A stretch of 63,305 nucleotides of DNA, filler included, from Choristocarpus tenellus KU-1152 (GCA_964200185.2; 7 parts of 7 records of this genome joined end to end with filler, not necessarily neighbours in it), one strand, 5' to 3'; counted from the whole stretch's first letter, positions 1 to 13,594 are shown. The notes: generated by a model from the letters alone, not told the origin. A program made the numbers and translations.

Positions 1-435
1 CCCCCCGCAGGTACTTTGGGTCAGATTCGGTAGAAACCCAAGCTTGAAGTATATTGAAATGAACTCCTGAAGTACTTCAACTATTGCACCTACCCACTAG
101 CCAAGTACAGTTGTAACAGTAGAGCACTTGTAACTTACCCGTTTTCATCAAACAGTTCGCTGATGCCGTCAACACAGCATCCCATTTTAGTACCTCCATA
201 TCCCCTTTCTCCAGTCCCTGTGTCCTACACCTGCACTATTGTACTAGTACCTGTCATTACAGCTCAACCTGGTGAATCCACAAAACGTTGCTTGCTTAGT
301 TATTCATTCTATCCTCCTTGATGACATCCACATGCAATGGATTACTATCTTCCTCAAGATAAGTCTCAACCAAAAAGGTGTAACTATTGTCCCATCCATC
401 CAACAAGCAACAAAAACTCCCCCCATACACTGCAG

Positions 436-1054
436 AGAGACATGTCTACATGTGGCTTGCTTTGAGGATAACATCGATGCAGTCCAATACCTTCTGTCCT
501 TGGACGCAGATCCAAACTCTGCCCACACCACAAGCGGTCTCAATACTCCCCTCCATGAGGCTGCACGATCCGGATCACGGCCAACAGTGCGTCTCCTCCT
601 CAAGTCCTCTGCTAATGTCCTAGCTGCCAACACTCTTGGCGACTTACCACTGCACGTGGCTTGCAGGAACAGCAGGATCGATATTGCTCGGTGCCTTCTG
701 AAACATGACCATGACTGGGCATCCACCCGAGCAGTGAACCATAAGGGGCAAAGACCAATTGACACTGTAAGGCGCTGCCATGCCCTTCTTCAGCTGCTCA
801 AGGCAGTGGATAGGAAAACTGCATCAGCCATGGCGACTTTTAGGTATGAAGGGAGTCTGTGTAGTGCCACAGACCGCAAAAGGGGGCGTGAGAACAGGAA
901 ACAGTTGGGGACACAATGGCTAGGGTCTGGAAAGCAGGAGCTGACAAAGACGGCAGGAAAGAAGTGGGGACAGGTAGTATCTAGAAGCGTTGGGGAGGCT
1001 ACACATAGCAACCTCGATACCCAAGGAGGAATCCGGGCAACAGCATGTGTGTGA
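436..1054 (+). CDS. Ankyrin-repeat protein, terminal exon (5' exons not identified)
   Basis: ORF 272..1054 contains ETCLHVAC, NTPLHEAARSG and GDLPLHVACRN ankyrin repeats. Probable acceptor ctgcag| at 435; the ORF upstream of it looks intronic. Confidence 0.8.
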
Positions 1055-2059
1055 TTGAATACAGGGCATTTCATGTTGAGTTAAAGTACCCAGGGTGCTG
1101 GAAGCAAGAAGGGATGTGAAGATAGAGACACTTTCCTTGAGAACCCCGGCACTATTCTGATGCAAGCTATGGAGCAAGTGTCACAGAGTCTGATTCATTT
1201 GTCTTGTCATTGACATGCCAGCTCAGTTTACCTGTTGGTATATGTGGTCTTAACTGGCTGTGTTTGGCAAATACTGTCTCTGTCTGGACAACTATCTTGA
1301 TATATGAATGAGGAAAAACTTTCCACTCAATCTATTGCGTTAGATGATGCACACAACCATTATGAACGGGACACTTCCAGTCTCTCTTTCAAAGTTCAAG
1401 AATTTGTTCTGATATGTAGCAGTTTGGAGCACTCCAAACAGTTCCTCCAAGAAAAAAAAAAGACACCGCATTATCAACGACTCTTTTGATGGCACCCCCC
1501 AACCTCACTCTGGTCACCTCTGCCCTCACTCTCTTCCCACTCTCACAAATAACCACAGAATGTAGCACACCCTATACAAGGTTTTAAGCCAAAGTGTAAC
1601 CTTCCACACAACATGAACAGCACCTACCTGACCTGCATTGTGCAGTTGTATATGGGTAAATGGAAGTAGTAATCAATATTAAGTACATACATTTTGTACT
1701 TGATTTTTCTACAGAGTAGTTGAATATATAGTAGTAGCAGAATTTGTTGGATTTTATTCAAAATATACTTTTTAACCAGTAGGTACATTTCGAGTATACG
1801 GAGACATACATAGTTGATATAGTGGTTCCAATAGCTTATGCACCTGGGTTTATCCCATCATAAGCTTTGATGTAGATATCAGGTCTAAAAAAAAAAAAGC
1901 ATAATCGTGATGCCCATCACAATGCCCTCCAGAGTACGGGCTTCGTTTTTTTCATTTTTTTCTATTTTTGAAGAAAGACTGTTAATATTGGGGTTCGAAC
2001 CCTGTAGGTCACCAAGAGTGGCAACAGATATACCATTACTTGATTAAAGTACAGGGTTT

Positions 2060-2860
2060 AAAGGCGAAAAAAGCCTCCGCTCCCTTTCTTCCTGCGTGTT
2101 CACGTACCCATTATTTGATCTCGGTAAGGATGTCCTCGTCAAGGCCCAGAACGAAACGCCTCTCGTCGCTCCCTTGCTCCGACACCTCGATGTGGCCCTT
2201 ACTTAGGAATTCTCTCTGCCATTTACTCACAGTTTCTGAACTGACCATCGCATATCCTGCTGTCATCTCGACCGCCGTTTGACGGTCTTTCCCGTCGTCC
2301 ATACACAGGTACAGGATTCGCAGTGTTAGAGTCTTTACTATCACATTTCCTCGTTGAGCGCCGGAAATGGGATACCTTCTTTCGGACTTCAGAACCCTTG
2401 TAGCCCAACCCTAACACCTTCTTTCTCGTTTCCTAGGCCACTCTGGCTCACATAGGTTCCAAACAGCTAGGGCCTGCTGCAACTGTCACTACTAAGATAC
2501 TCTACACCCAGGTTTTCGCTTAGGCGTTTCCTGAGCGCAATGGCAAGCAGTTGCACTGCTTTCCTCCCCAACCTTCCCTTCGGCTGGTGACTCTGGATCT
2601 CCCTTCGCCTGCCGTGACCAGGCTTCCTCACAGACTTCTTCACTGCACCACACCTGGTGATGGACTCGCTGCTCTCTTCCTACTTTCCCGAGGCGGTAGA
2701 GACTGCAGAGCAGTGATCCGACGTGGTTGAAGATCCAACCATGTTTGTGTGGTAATGCTTTCCATGCATCTTCTCTCAGCGTCAGTGTCATGGCCGCGTG
2801 GTCCATTGCGCGATTTGATCGTGCTGCTGCACCACAGTAGATGCACTTCCTCGTCACCTA
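2060..2860 (-). pseudogene. Decayed DNA-transposase-like N-terminal region
   Basis: A CxxC...W...LC segment (2857-2640) is followed in another frame by KWQREFLSKGHIEVSEQG...LDEDILTEIK*WVREHAGRKG, resembling N-termini of IS630/Tc1-related DDE transposases as I recall them. Stops and frameshifts are present; no DDE core is seen. Confidence 0.4.
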
Positions 2861-4484
2861 GAATTGCACCGAATGTCACGCGGTACTTTTGTTTTTGTCG
2901 CCTCTCGACAGAGAAGGTACCGAGGGTAGATCGAGGGGGCAGAGTGGCCTCGGCGGCTCTCCTTTTCTCACCTTTTTGGACAAGGTTGCTGTGTGGGTCA
3001 CCTCTGTGTGTGTTCACAGAAAATCTGCAAGAGGCGTTAAGAAGATGTCCGAGAATCTTGCTTTTTTTTCGATACTTCCACTAGCATCTTAACATGAAAG
3101 GGGTCTATCCCAGACCAGGTTTTGCAGGGAATGCAGCCAGCCACTTCATTTTTGTATCTTTTGAGGTTGTGATCTTCAAAATTGCACCGGAGTTATTCCC
3201 CCGCGTTTTTGCCATTCTTTCATCGGGATATTGTTCCTGTTTGCTGGAGTTAGTACATTCCTGCATACAAATCTTCAGCCCCTCTTGGCATAAACGTTTA
3301 TTTGATATATATTATTGCATACCTCTCATGGCAAGACAGTGAAAAAAAGCAAGATTGCCACAGACAGCGAAGCTATTGGTACCAGTTTACCCACACTACT
3401 ATTATTTGTGGTGTGAATTAAAAAGGTATTTTGAGTGTAAGCTGAATTAGAAATTTTTATATTTCAACGCGGTCGACTATAATCGAGACGTGCATACTCA
3501 GCATGAAAAAAAGCACAAGAAGCGATGAGATGCAGAGCTTGCAGCGCGCATTTGCGCGAAAAGTAGTCAATGGAAATTACAACCCCACTTTCAATTTGAA
3601 AATTCGCAAATTAATTTACTGAATTGGTACGATTCGCCATACTGAAGATGACATATGCTAGTTGGTATCGTTCTATTTTGGTAAGGTCAGTGAAAAAACA
3701 AGGAGTTAGTTCTTGAGAATAATGTAGAAGACATGACAGTAACGAGCAAGTGAAGAAGAACGGAGGGGTGATTGTTACCTGATTCCATCTCCTCCTCCAA
3801 GTCGATGTTGCCTTTCTTTGCTATTACAATCAATAGAGGAGAGAGGGTTGGAGTCACCTCTTCTGCTTGCAGATTACCTCTTGGGCTCGCACAAATTGCT
3901 TGTGAGAAAGAGCCTCCATGAGGCCCTTGTTGCCTTGCTAAGAGGGTGGGGAGAGTAGCCACCAGTGATACTACAAAGGCTGCATATTGGCGATGCTTTA
4001 TAGAGGATAGGCCTATAAAAATGTATAGATTAATTCCTTGTTGGGTTAGACATGATGTAGAGGATCATGTGAGGAAGAAGGAATGAACTTTCATCTCCCA
4101 ACGGGGGACTCACTTGTCACCAATCGATCTTCTTATCCCGTCAACCCCTAATCTCTAATCACTCATCACTGATTACTTGCTACAGTGTTTCCTATTCTGG
4201 GACTCTTCTTCATTCCAGATTAGTAACCCAAACGTATCTCCTATTCTTCGGAACACTACTAGTGATTTGTTTTTCGCATAGTCTACTTTCACACTAGAAT
4301 CGAGAGCATATTCTTTACAGGCAAAATGAGGGCAACTCCGACCGTAAGGGGATATATCAGGTAGGGATTTCATCGAGTCTTACATCAAGGATGCAATGGC
4401 ACACGTGTTTGTGCAAAATAGGAAAATAGTGAGGTGTACCTTATTTTGTGTATATGAGATTGTTGTGTTGAATTGAGTCCATGT

Positions 4485-4584
4485 NNNNNNNNNNNNNNNN
4501 NNNNNNNNNNNNNNNNNNNNNNNNNNNNTTAATTAATTAANNNNNNNNNNNNNNNNNNNNNNNNNNNNNNNNNNNNNNNNNNNN
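4485..4584. other. Artificial contig linker (also 10305-10404, 15349-15448, 24202-24301, 34801-34900, 38851-38950)
   Basis: Identical N44-TTAATTAATTAA-N44 blocks; the 12-mer places stop codons in all six frames. Confidence 0.97.
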
Positions 4585-4618
4585 CCGCCACCCCCTCCCA
4601 GATACTTTGAGCCATCAC

Positions 4619-7600
4619 CTGGTGTTCATTGTCAGTTACATTCGGATGAAAGTTAGCTAGAAGAAGTGCATGGTCTGCCTTTCCTAGCTGGAATCTGCAC
4701 TTCATCAGCAGAGCTAGAAAGCGCATCGCACAGCCAAGAAAGTTTGAAGTTTGCCACAGCCGGAACTGTGCACCCTCTACGTTCTTTCCCAACTCAATGA
4801 GCCGAAGGTAGGTTTCTTCCATGACAATGTCGAGGCAGTTTAGGGGAGATGGGTTGCGGTCCTTGAAACGAACCAGCAGTTGCTTCTCTATCACTCGAAA
4901 CTGATGTGCTTCAGCATTTAGCTCCTCCTGAACCCGGAGGAGCTCAAGCCTTTGCTCAAAGTGCTCATCAATTCCTTTGTAGACTTCCTCCAGTGGAAGT
5001 GACTCTGTGTACTCAATGCGCAGTTCTAGTTATCACCAAGACATTCACAAGGGGGAGGGACCAAAGGCCGGTTCTACATTAATAAGGTACGATAATAGCG
5101 CAGGAAATGTGCACACAATTGGGGCTGTCACATAAGAGGACAATGTGCGAGGTATCTTCTTAGGAAGAGGGGAAAAAAGGAGTGTTTGCTGCTAGCAGTA
5201 ATGGCTGGCCTGTTTTCATCTCAGAGCCAAAGTATCTTGGAGGGTAGCGCCATGTCCATTTGGGGGTCAAAATCCAATGTTGCGATTTTGATGTGATTTT
5301 GGCTGTTGTCTTTGTTAGGAAGTGACAGTATCTATGTTTCAGACACACCTTTTTATAACGTATACATTTTACCTACTCCAAAACAATTTGGAGTAGGTAA
5401 AATGTCATAAAAAAAACATGGGATCCAAGTCCCAAATGGACAAACAGGGCAAAACTCGTACTCTCTAAGATACTTTCACTCTCACTGTTTTCAGTATTTG
5501 CACTGTTTTTTCCCTTGCCTCAGGTTCATGATATCCTAGAGAGGGGGTTAGGTTTCCATTTGGGGAGTCAAAGTATTTTAGAGGGTGGGAGCCGCGTCCA
5601 TTTGGGGGTCAAAATCCAATGTTGCGATTTTGATGTCATTTTGGCCATCATGTTTGTGAGGAAGTGCCAATATCCATGTTCTGAATACACCTTTTCATAA
5701 CTTACATATTTTACCTACTCCGACACATTTTGGAGTAGGAAAATGCCATAAAAGAACCCATGAGAAGCTAAGCCTCAAATGGACAAATAGGACAAAACTC
5801 ATACCCTCTAAGATAATGTAACTCTGGGGCTCTGTGACCCTGAAGTGATTTTCATGTAATTTGAGTGAGCATGTCACAGATGTAAGGGTGATGTATTTCA
5901 TCTGGACGCACATCCCTTTTCCATCCCCTTGCATGGACCAAACCCAAGGAAATACCACCTGAATAACAACCACCAAATGTCTCACCATAAAACACCCTAT
6001 CAATCCTCAAATGGACAAGTTGGGATAACCTCCCCCCCACCCGCTAGGATACTATGGACCTCATTTACACAGAGTACAACAGTGTTTGCCCACAATATTA
6101 GCGGTAAAGGGCAAAACATCAGATAGGGTTAGGGCTATGTGCGTTTTGACTATTCTTTATCTACCTCACCAAGGCATGAGCCTGAGGGTGATACTCAGGG
6201 GTGATAGGTGAAGATTCTGCAAAGGCAGTATGGGAAAAGTTTTCAAATTGGTTAATGAATCAAAGCAATTAAGAGGGTAGGACTGCATCTGTTTTGGGTC
6301 ATGAATCCAATGTTCGGTTTTTATTCATTTGGCTATCGTGTTTGTTAGCAAGTGTCAATATCCTAGTGCTCCGGACACACATTTCATAGTCCTATGCATT
6401 TCATCTACTCCGAAATACGAAATGTTCACACAGAAAACCGAAAAAGGGCATAAAAAACTGAGGGAAGCCAAGCTATGAACGGACAAACAGGGCAAAACTC
6501 CTACCCTCTTAAATGCTTTGGGTCTAATGACACCAAGAAAAAAAAATGAAGAAATACAGACAAGCTGTCTTGGGGTAAGGTCTCACCTCCCTCTGTCTCT
6601 CCTGAACCCTTGTCACGTTTATGTTCGTCATCCCTGGATCCACCCCTTTTACATTCCCCGCCATCTCCATAGTACTCAGTGAGCCTTCTGATGAGCTCTG
6701 CTGATATCAAGCATATAGCGCCTAGGCAGTTGCTCTGCACACGGTACCGACCTCTATTTTTTGACACAAGGATGCTTGCATCGATGGGTTGCCCTGTCTG
6801 GGGGTCTTCCACCCAATAGCAGAAGGATAGGATGTTATTCCCCCCTGCGCTAGAGATTCGGTCCATCGCATCATTTGTCATACCTAGTTGCTCCGCCGTG
6901 TCCTCAAACAGTGACATAAGTGGCACGGGCAACCTGTTGGTATCCAGTGTAAACTTATGTGCACTGTTATTTGATGGTGGTATCAAGTGTACCACAGTTG
7001 CCAACGGAAGCAAGAAGCTACAATGGGCCGATGCTGGTTCCCCCCCAGACTCCCGCGTGTAGACCACTGATGCCTCTCCTCTCAGAGAGGACGGTAAGTA
7101 CCCTTGCCTTGCCTGGAATACCACTGTAACTACCAACGGAGTTGATGCTCCTCCAGTTATTGGGGGCAGGATCATTGATGAGGGCTCCCCTTGCAGTCCT
7201 GGGGGGGCTGATACGTTAAGAGTAGCTTGTTGGAGAGTACCCTCCCCCCTGTAGGCTAGTACAAGGCGGACAGTAATCGCCCTGGGGACAGGGGTGCTCC
7301 CTGGTACACTTTGTGTCTCTGCTGCAAGCGGCACTGGTCTAGCTTGGGACGAGTCGTCAGACAAGGGAGTGAATGCAGGGCTATCTTCAGCCTCCACACC
7401 ATTTAAGGATCGAGGAACTTGTGCCCTCAGGATCAGTTGTCCCTCTGAGGGTCTTATCGATCCAATCTGACTGCGGCGAATGACCTACAAAACCATATTG
7501 GGGGGTTGGTTGGAGAAGTAAGCACATGCAATTGGGTAGAGATGGGGAGTTTAAGTGGCATTCTCCTCCCTTTACAATACTAGTAGATCCTTTTGCCAGG

Positions 7601-10200
7601 CACCAGAATGATTGTGTCAAAATCTGTTACTTGTTTTCTTTTTCTGATTTTCAAAACTAATACACACCGCCTTGTGTTAGCCCAACGTGTCTCTTTGGTT
7701 ATTCTGTGATGTCTCCCAGCTTTCCCCTCACAAACTAACCATTCTTTGCCCGAGTCCTTGTGTTTATAAACTCCTGCACTCCAGAGCATGCAATATCTCA
7801 AAGTATTGACTTAGAGCACTCAACACATGGCACCGAAATCAGTGGAGATTATCTACTCCTGAGGATTTCTTTATTTTTTCTACGGTGCTACCACTGTGCT
7901 GCGGCTCCTAGGAAAACAATCTTTGAGTAACCTACCTGTAGCAATCGTCGATGTTCCTCATTGATTTCATTGTAGTCGATTTCCTTCGAGTCCTGGACCA
8001 TCACTGTTGCAGTCGGAGGGTCTGTCCCCTGGTAGCACACTTGAACCCTACCTTCCTCGTCCAAGCTGCAAACCATACCTGGGAAACCTCCGAATATTGC
8101 AACACAAAGAGAAACCGGAGGTTGGCTAACGCGTGATGCCCACATCAGCTCCAAGTCCTGTAGTGTGGACAATTGGAAGTGAGATGCAGGAGAGAGTGAT
8201 GAGAGGACAGACGCAATAACAAGAATATTAAAACGATGCTAACAAGATCGGTTGAGTAGGAGAAATTTCTTCAACAAAAACAACCTTTACACTGGTTGAG
8301 TCAATGGGATACTTTCCCCCCAACAACCTCCCTTGCCCTTCAAAGTCGACATCATTCTCGTTGCCATGAGGGCAACAGATAGGGCGGTGGAGATGTGGGG
8401 GATGGCAGGAGTATAAGAACTTGGAGGAATGGGAAACACATTGAACATGCAACCTGTTCGTGCTAGATTGTGTTGAAAATTGTCAAGATTGGGCAATCTC
8501 AAGAGCTATCTTAACAATTACTGTTGAATGTGTTTGGTCTACTTGACTGTATAACCAGAACCCTGTGTGCTGAAAGTACTAGGGAGCACATTATTTCGGG
8601 CCTATTTCAGTGCCACAGTCCAAGGTGCAGATAAGTACATGGGGGGGTGTCGACGTCCGTTTTTCAACCTTTTTTCGATTTCACTTTTTTGGTGTGATTT
8701 GGTCGCATATGTCGGATTTGAAATGCCAGCAAAAAAAAAAGTTGTCTGACCGAAACGGACGCCCCCTCACAAACCACCACTCCCCCCCAGATACTTTGAT
8801 CCACAGAGATGAGGCCCTAGTGCAAAAACGACCCTCTCTCATACAACCTACATGACTTGAATGTGCTGTTGGCAATTTTTTTTAATATATAATGCTGGGC
8901 TTGGGCACCTTGTATACCATCAGTAGCTGTGTCTCAGTGGCAATGATAATGTTCTCCATTTCCACTTCCTCAAGGCTCTCCGAGTTGCTTGTTGCCCCCA
9001 TGATGCCTCCTCCTTGAGCACTCACAGTATATTTGCATGCACAGCATGGTTGGTACTCAAGGAATTTTTGTAGTCGTATTGTTCCCTGCTCCCTCAGAGC
9101 AAATAGAGTCCGCTCCCCAATTACAACAATATCTACACAACCAGGCCCAAGAGAGCAGCAGAACTTTGAGACAAAGATATCTTGGGCTGCCTCCCCAATA
9201 CGGATTGACCAGTAGGCGTGGACTGTTCGAACACCAACTATTCCTTCGCCCTTCCCCTCACCAATATCCCCTTGGCTTGCTGCAAGAGCCTATATAGATG
9301 TGTAGCATAGAAGCGGGAAATATGAAGGAGGGGGCGGGGCCCAAAACAATTCTTGGTATTATAATATTTCGCCTTCAAGCAAACCAAAAAGAAATGTTGG
9401 AATGGACCATACATGTCATTGTGTACTAGCAACAAAGTACTACAGACAGGATTTCAACACATAGCGTTGCTCTATCTCTACTTGCCTGGTACTTGTAGCA
9501 GTCAATCCCCATCTCATTATTGCTTGTCACAAAGGCATCAATCTTGGCAACATAACATAGAGGCCCAGGAGTGAGAACCCCATGGAGGCGCCTTGTGAAT
9601 GCATGGGCATCCTGCTCATACACCTGGTTTTTCACCACATTGGCGAGAGGTCTAGTCTGGTTGGCAACCAGTCTTAGGTTCGGAATTTCCAAGAACTGAA
9701 AATATTCGTAATGATATAACCCCACAGGCAATGATGGAATCAGTTACATAATCAATCTAATGGTGCAATAATTTCAACACTTTTGTGCACATCCATGCAT
9801 GAAAGTAATTCCATACTCGAGGGTTATCGTTGCAAGTTATCCCTACAAAATGGTGTCCAGGAAAATGTGATTGTCCAAGAAAAATGGCTCTAGTAGGTCA
9901 AATAAATGTTTGAAAGGCTCTTTTGTAAGGAAACACCACAAGTATCACTGATTATTACCCACTTGCAATCGTCCATCCATGCTCTGGACGCATAGAAGAT
10001 CACGACCAACCCCCCCAAAATCTCCATGGACCATATTGTAAGCAGTGAAGTGCCCCCCATCTACTCCAAGCAAATGCTCGTATGCTTTGACTAGGTTAAA
10101 ATAGCTGGCCTTGACCCCCAACCCTCCCTTTGCTTCCACCGTGTACACTCCTAGCCGTCGAGGATGGAGCACGGCAATGGCCTGGATCTCTGGAGCGGCG
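4619..10200 (-). CDS. BBS9: Bardet-Biedl syndrome 9 / PTHB1 (BBSome subunit), partial; exons 10200-9963, 9623-9486, 9289-8909, 8157-7936, 7484-6587, 5025-4619
   Basis: Six phase-consistent exons give LHPRRLGVY...TAYNMVHGDFGG...LCVQSMDGRLQVYEQ, YQGTDPP, ILVSKNRGRYRVQS and QFRVIEKQLLVRFKDRNPSPL, all typical PTHB1 motifs. Both ends run into contig gaps. Confidence 0.93.
5224..5481 (+). mobile_element. MITE family A, full copy (~258 bp)
   Basis: TIRs GAGCCAAAGTATCTTGGAGGGTA / TACTCTCTAAGATACTTTCACTC, subterminal TCCATTTGGG/CCCAAATGGA and an internal hairpin. Flanks tca/tca. Confidence 0.85.
5523..6060 (+). mobile_element. Older related MITE interrupted by the family A copy at 5565-5824
   Basis: Degenerate TIRs GGTTCATGATATCCTAG / CTAGGATACTATGGACC and the same CCATTTGGG...CAAATGGA subterminal motif. 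Confidence 0.55.
5565..5824 (+). mobile_element. MITE family A, full copy
   Basis: GAGTCAAAGTATTTTAGAGGG...CCCTCTAAGATAATGTAACTC with a 4-bp TSD tggg/tggg. Confidence 0.85.
6257..6524 (+). mobile_element. MITE family A variant
   Basis: GAATCAAAGCAATTAAGAGGGTAG...CTACCCTCTTAAATGCTTTGGGTC with a 4-bp TSD taat/taat. Confidence 0.8.
8628..8802. mobile_element. MITE family B-like copy in a BBS9 intron
   Basis: Poly-G left end, CGTCCGTTT/AAACGGACG inverted motif and a CCCCCCCAGATACTTTGATCC right end. Confidence 0.6.
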
Positions 10201-10459
10201 CTGGTTAGAACACGGGTAGGAGTTGGAGGACACAGTTGTTCCGCCGCAAAACGATGAACTGATATATCGAGAATAATAGACCCAAAGTATCTGGGAGGGG
10301 GGGGNNNNNNNNNNNNNNNNNNNNNNNNNNNNNNNNNNNNNNNNNNNNTTAATTAATTAANNNNNNNNNNNNNNNNNNNNNNNNNNNNNNNNNNNNNNNN
10401 NNNNTCCAAATGGACACTCTGGTGTAGACCCCCCCCCCTCCCTCAGATACTTTGGGTCA

Positions 10460-10570
10460 CTAAGGTGCCCAAACCTTTCCACCTTCAAGGTGTTGAGATT
10501 GATACTATGAGGGTCAAGAGAACCCTCGTAGTGGGTGCGCTTTTCGCCTCAGCTGCTGCTACAGCACCTA
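10460..10570 (-). mobile_element. CRE-type non-LTR retrotransposon fragment (RLE region)
   Basis: The reverse strand reads AAAEAK-RTHYEGSLDPHSINLNTLKVERFGHL, homologous to 15650-15740. Confidence 0.55.
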
Positions 10571-12571
10571 CACAAGTTAGCTTCCTTGACACATCAGCAA
10601 AATGTCAGAGAGCATAATAATATAATAAGTCAAAACATTATATTTCTTGTACCAACGCACACAAAGATCGCATAAAGCTAGTTAATGCAACACAAGGTGA
10701 AACTCTCTCTTCACACCACCAGGCGAGCTTACAGTTCAGTACTAAACCTTCTCTCCACTGTACAGTTATATACACTGTTAACAGATGGACGTATCCTTGG
10801 ATATGTAGAAACATGACGCGACTTTAACCAACATGTACATTGCCTATATAGTTGTACGATACACACAGGGCATCCCTGATGATCGGCAGGTGATAGCCAA
10901 TGCCCCATATCGGGCACTGACGACGAAGATGGAAGGAAGGTAGTGTAAATATTGGTCATCTACGAGAACAGCGCTGATCAGAGGAACCACGGGTTTCCTC
11001 ATTTTGCTCTGAAGAGCTTCAACACCGTCAGGTGCACCGCTGGAGGGGAATTCTTGTTGATAAAACCCTTGTCCTACCATATAGCTGTGAAAAAGAACAA
11101 GTGGAGGTTACTTGAACCAAGAGGAGATCGTTGTCCATATTCACTTAGAAATCCTTTCGTTTGTGAGCAGTTGTCTCTCAAACATTTGGGATTTATAGCC
11201 TACGGAACAAACATAAATAACAACTGTGTTCCTCATACTAACGTTCGACAATCCCTATGTAAATATGATGTGTCATATGGGTATGTTTCCTTCAATGATA
11301 CGTTAGATTAGGAGTGTGTGCACTGGAATCGATGTTTGGCCTCTACACTAAATTAAGCTACAAGGACAAAGGGTGGGGTGATGCCTGACCACCCAGTCTA
11401 TACCTATATATTGTTCCACTTACTCTCGTATATCTACCACTGCAAGATACAATATAATAATACAGGTGGGAAAACAAGATGTGCAAAATAGGACAATCAT
11501 AAGGTGTACCCTTTGTTATGTATGTGAGATTATACCATTGAATTAAGTCCATGTGATGGAACTAATGATATACTACATCCGGATTACGTGTGGGGATTAT
11601 GTGTTGGTTTTGATATTGCAGTTAAACTACTCTGACATAACTGGCTTACGTATAAACCACAAATAATAGTAAGACAGGCAATAAGAAGACACCCCACAAG
11701 GTCACTCTTCTAATTTCATCCACCCATTCATTTCACGTTCAGCAAAGGGGAATCGTATGAGGCTCCCCTCTTCTTGTCTTCACTACTGATAAAATACCAA
11801 TACTTCCCAAGGTTTAATCGCACGGGTTATGTGCTTCAGTGGTATGAATACCGACCTGAAGAAAGTTGCTGTCTGGACGGGCTGCAGGACGGTCATTGGA
11901 GACCTGGTCCACTTGGAGACCGCCTTTGATAGGCCACGCTGAGGGATGGGAACTCTATGAGATCACCACGAGGGAATACGAAATCCTTGAGATTCCCACA
12001 ACTTCATCAGAGGCGACAGTGCGCGCAGCACATGCTACCTACACCAAGAACAAGTCCTTATGGTTTCTGCTTGCCCAAGCGACAAAGGGGTCAGCACTGG
12101 CAATTGTCGCCAGATACAAGAACAAGGTGAGTCGGATGGTAGAGTGGCATGGTTGGAATTAGATATTCTACAGAGGTTGCACAGAGGACGAGATCCTCGT
12201 GCAGCTTACGACGCTGGAGGCAAAGCTTCGAGAACTTCAATGCACTGCGTCACATGACAGCACAGATTTTGTAACTGGACTCGAGCAGCCATTTACCGAT
12301 TTCGAGCAGCTGAAAGAACCAAAGTCAGAGAACATGAAAAGGTCATCTATACTGCTTGGCACCAGGGACGCCATGCCACATGTGATCATGCAATTGACAG
12401 TGCGCCCTGACATCAGCTATGAGGAGGTCAAATGGGCAATAATCTCTCCTACGACTTACCTCCACTCAGACCAAGATGGGCACGATGGCGTATTGTCGAT
12501 GCACGGCACCATGGGGACGGCCATACTGGGAAGTCCACAGGATCAGCTGGAAGCATCCCCAACTTCAACCA

Positions 12572-12708
12572 GAGTCAAACTATCTTAGAGGGTAGAACCG
12601 CGTCCGTTTGGGGGCCAAAATTCAATGTTGTGATTTTGATGTAATTTCGGCTATTGTGTTTGTAAGGTATCAATATCCTTGTTCCGGACACACCTTTTCA
12701 TAACGTAC
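12572..12708 (+). mobile_element. Truncated MITE family A inserted in copia gag
   Basis: Left TIR GAGTCAAACTATCTTAGAGGGTAG plus the family body; right half missing. Confidence 0.75.
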
Positions 12709-13594
12709 CAATATGTGTACTGTTTAATGAACCACAACTGGCAGAAGCGCTGCTCATACTTGGCTGGCAAGCCACCTGCAGAACACGCACCTGGGATGGC
12801 GCCTGCCAGAGCATTTCTGCCACCTCCACCTGTTGCACACAGTAACAACGGACAGCCACCGAGGAACAAATTCAACAGGAACCAAGCGCTCTCCTTCTCC
12901 ACCTTCAAGGTGACAGCAGACAAGGAGGAAAATGAAAGTGTGGTTCTCAACTCCTTCAGCAGGAGGGAAGTCGAGATGTCCTGTGACTCCAGAGCAAACA
13001 TCCATCTTACACCTGATCATTAAGGTGTGGTAAGCACTTGGGCTACCAAACGCACTTGCACCTTCGGTAACAACAGAAAAGTGGAGGTGAAAGAAACTGG
13101 AGATTTTGTTCTAATGGCATTGGACAAGGACAGTAGTAAGCCAACAAGAGTGGTTCTGAGGAATGCTTTATGGGTGCCTGTCTACTGTGCCGCATATTGA
13201 GTACTGGGACACTATGACATGATGGAGGAGAATTTATGGATTTGAGAACAAAATAAAGTTATCTGAAGACCTCCAGGAATTCGCCACAGACAGATCTTCT
13301 AAGGTCTGGGAGGTTCTTAAATCTAACAGTAACGGTCATCAACAAGGATCAAGAATTGAGAGCCAACCCAGCACACGCCTATAAGAAGCAGAGGCTGACA
13401 ATGAAGGACTGGTACAACATATTGGGGCAAATCAACCCATCAGCTATCAAGCACCTCGAGAGGCGTGGACTGTTGGGGATTGCCGATGCTAATGTGGCCT
13501 CGGAACTGCAATGCAAGACGTGCAAGGAATGCAAATCAGAGGCTCTAAGCTATCAACAGGTTGGCAGGACCCCCGAACAGCCCAGCGTTAAACA

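Noticed and set aside
1989-2003. tRNA T-loop/B-box-like GGGTTCGAACCC (also at 23972)
   Set aside because: No cloverleaf or A box; it lies within a repeat relic.
4529-4540. Palindromic TTAATTAATTAA recurring six times
   Set aside because: It is always centred in identical N blocks, so it is an artificial six-frame-stop linker.
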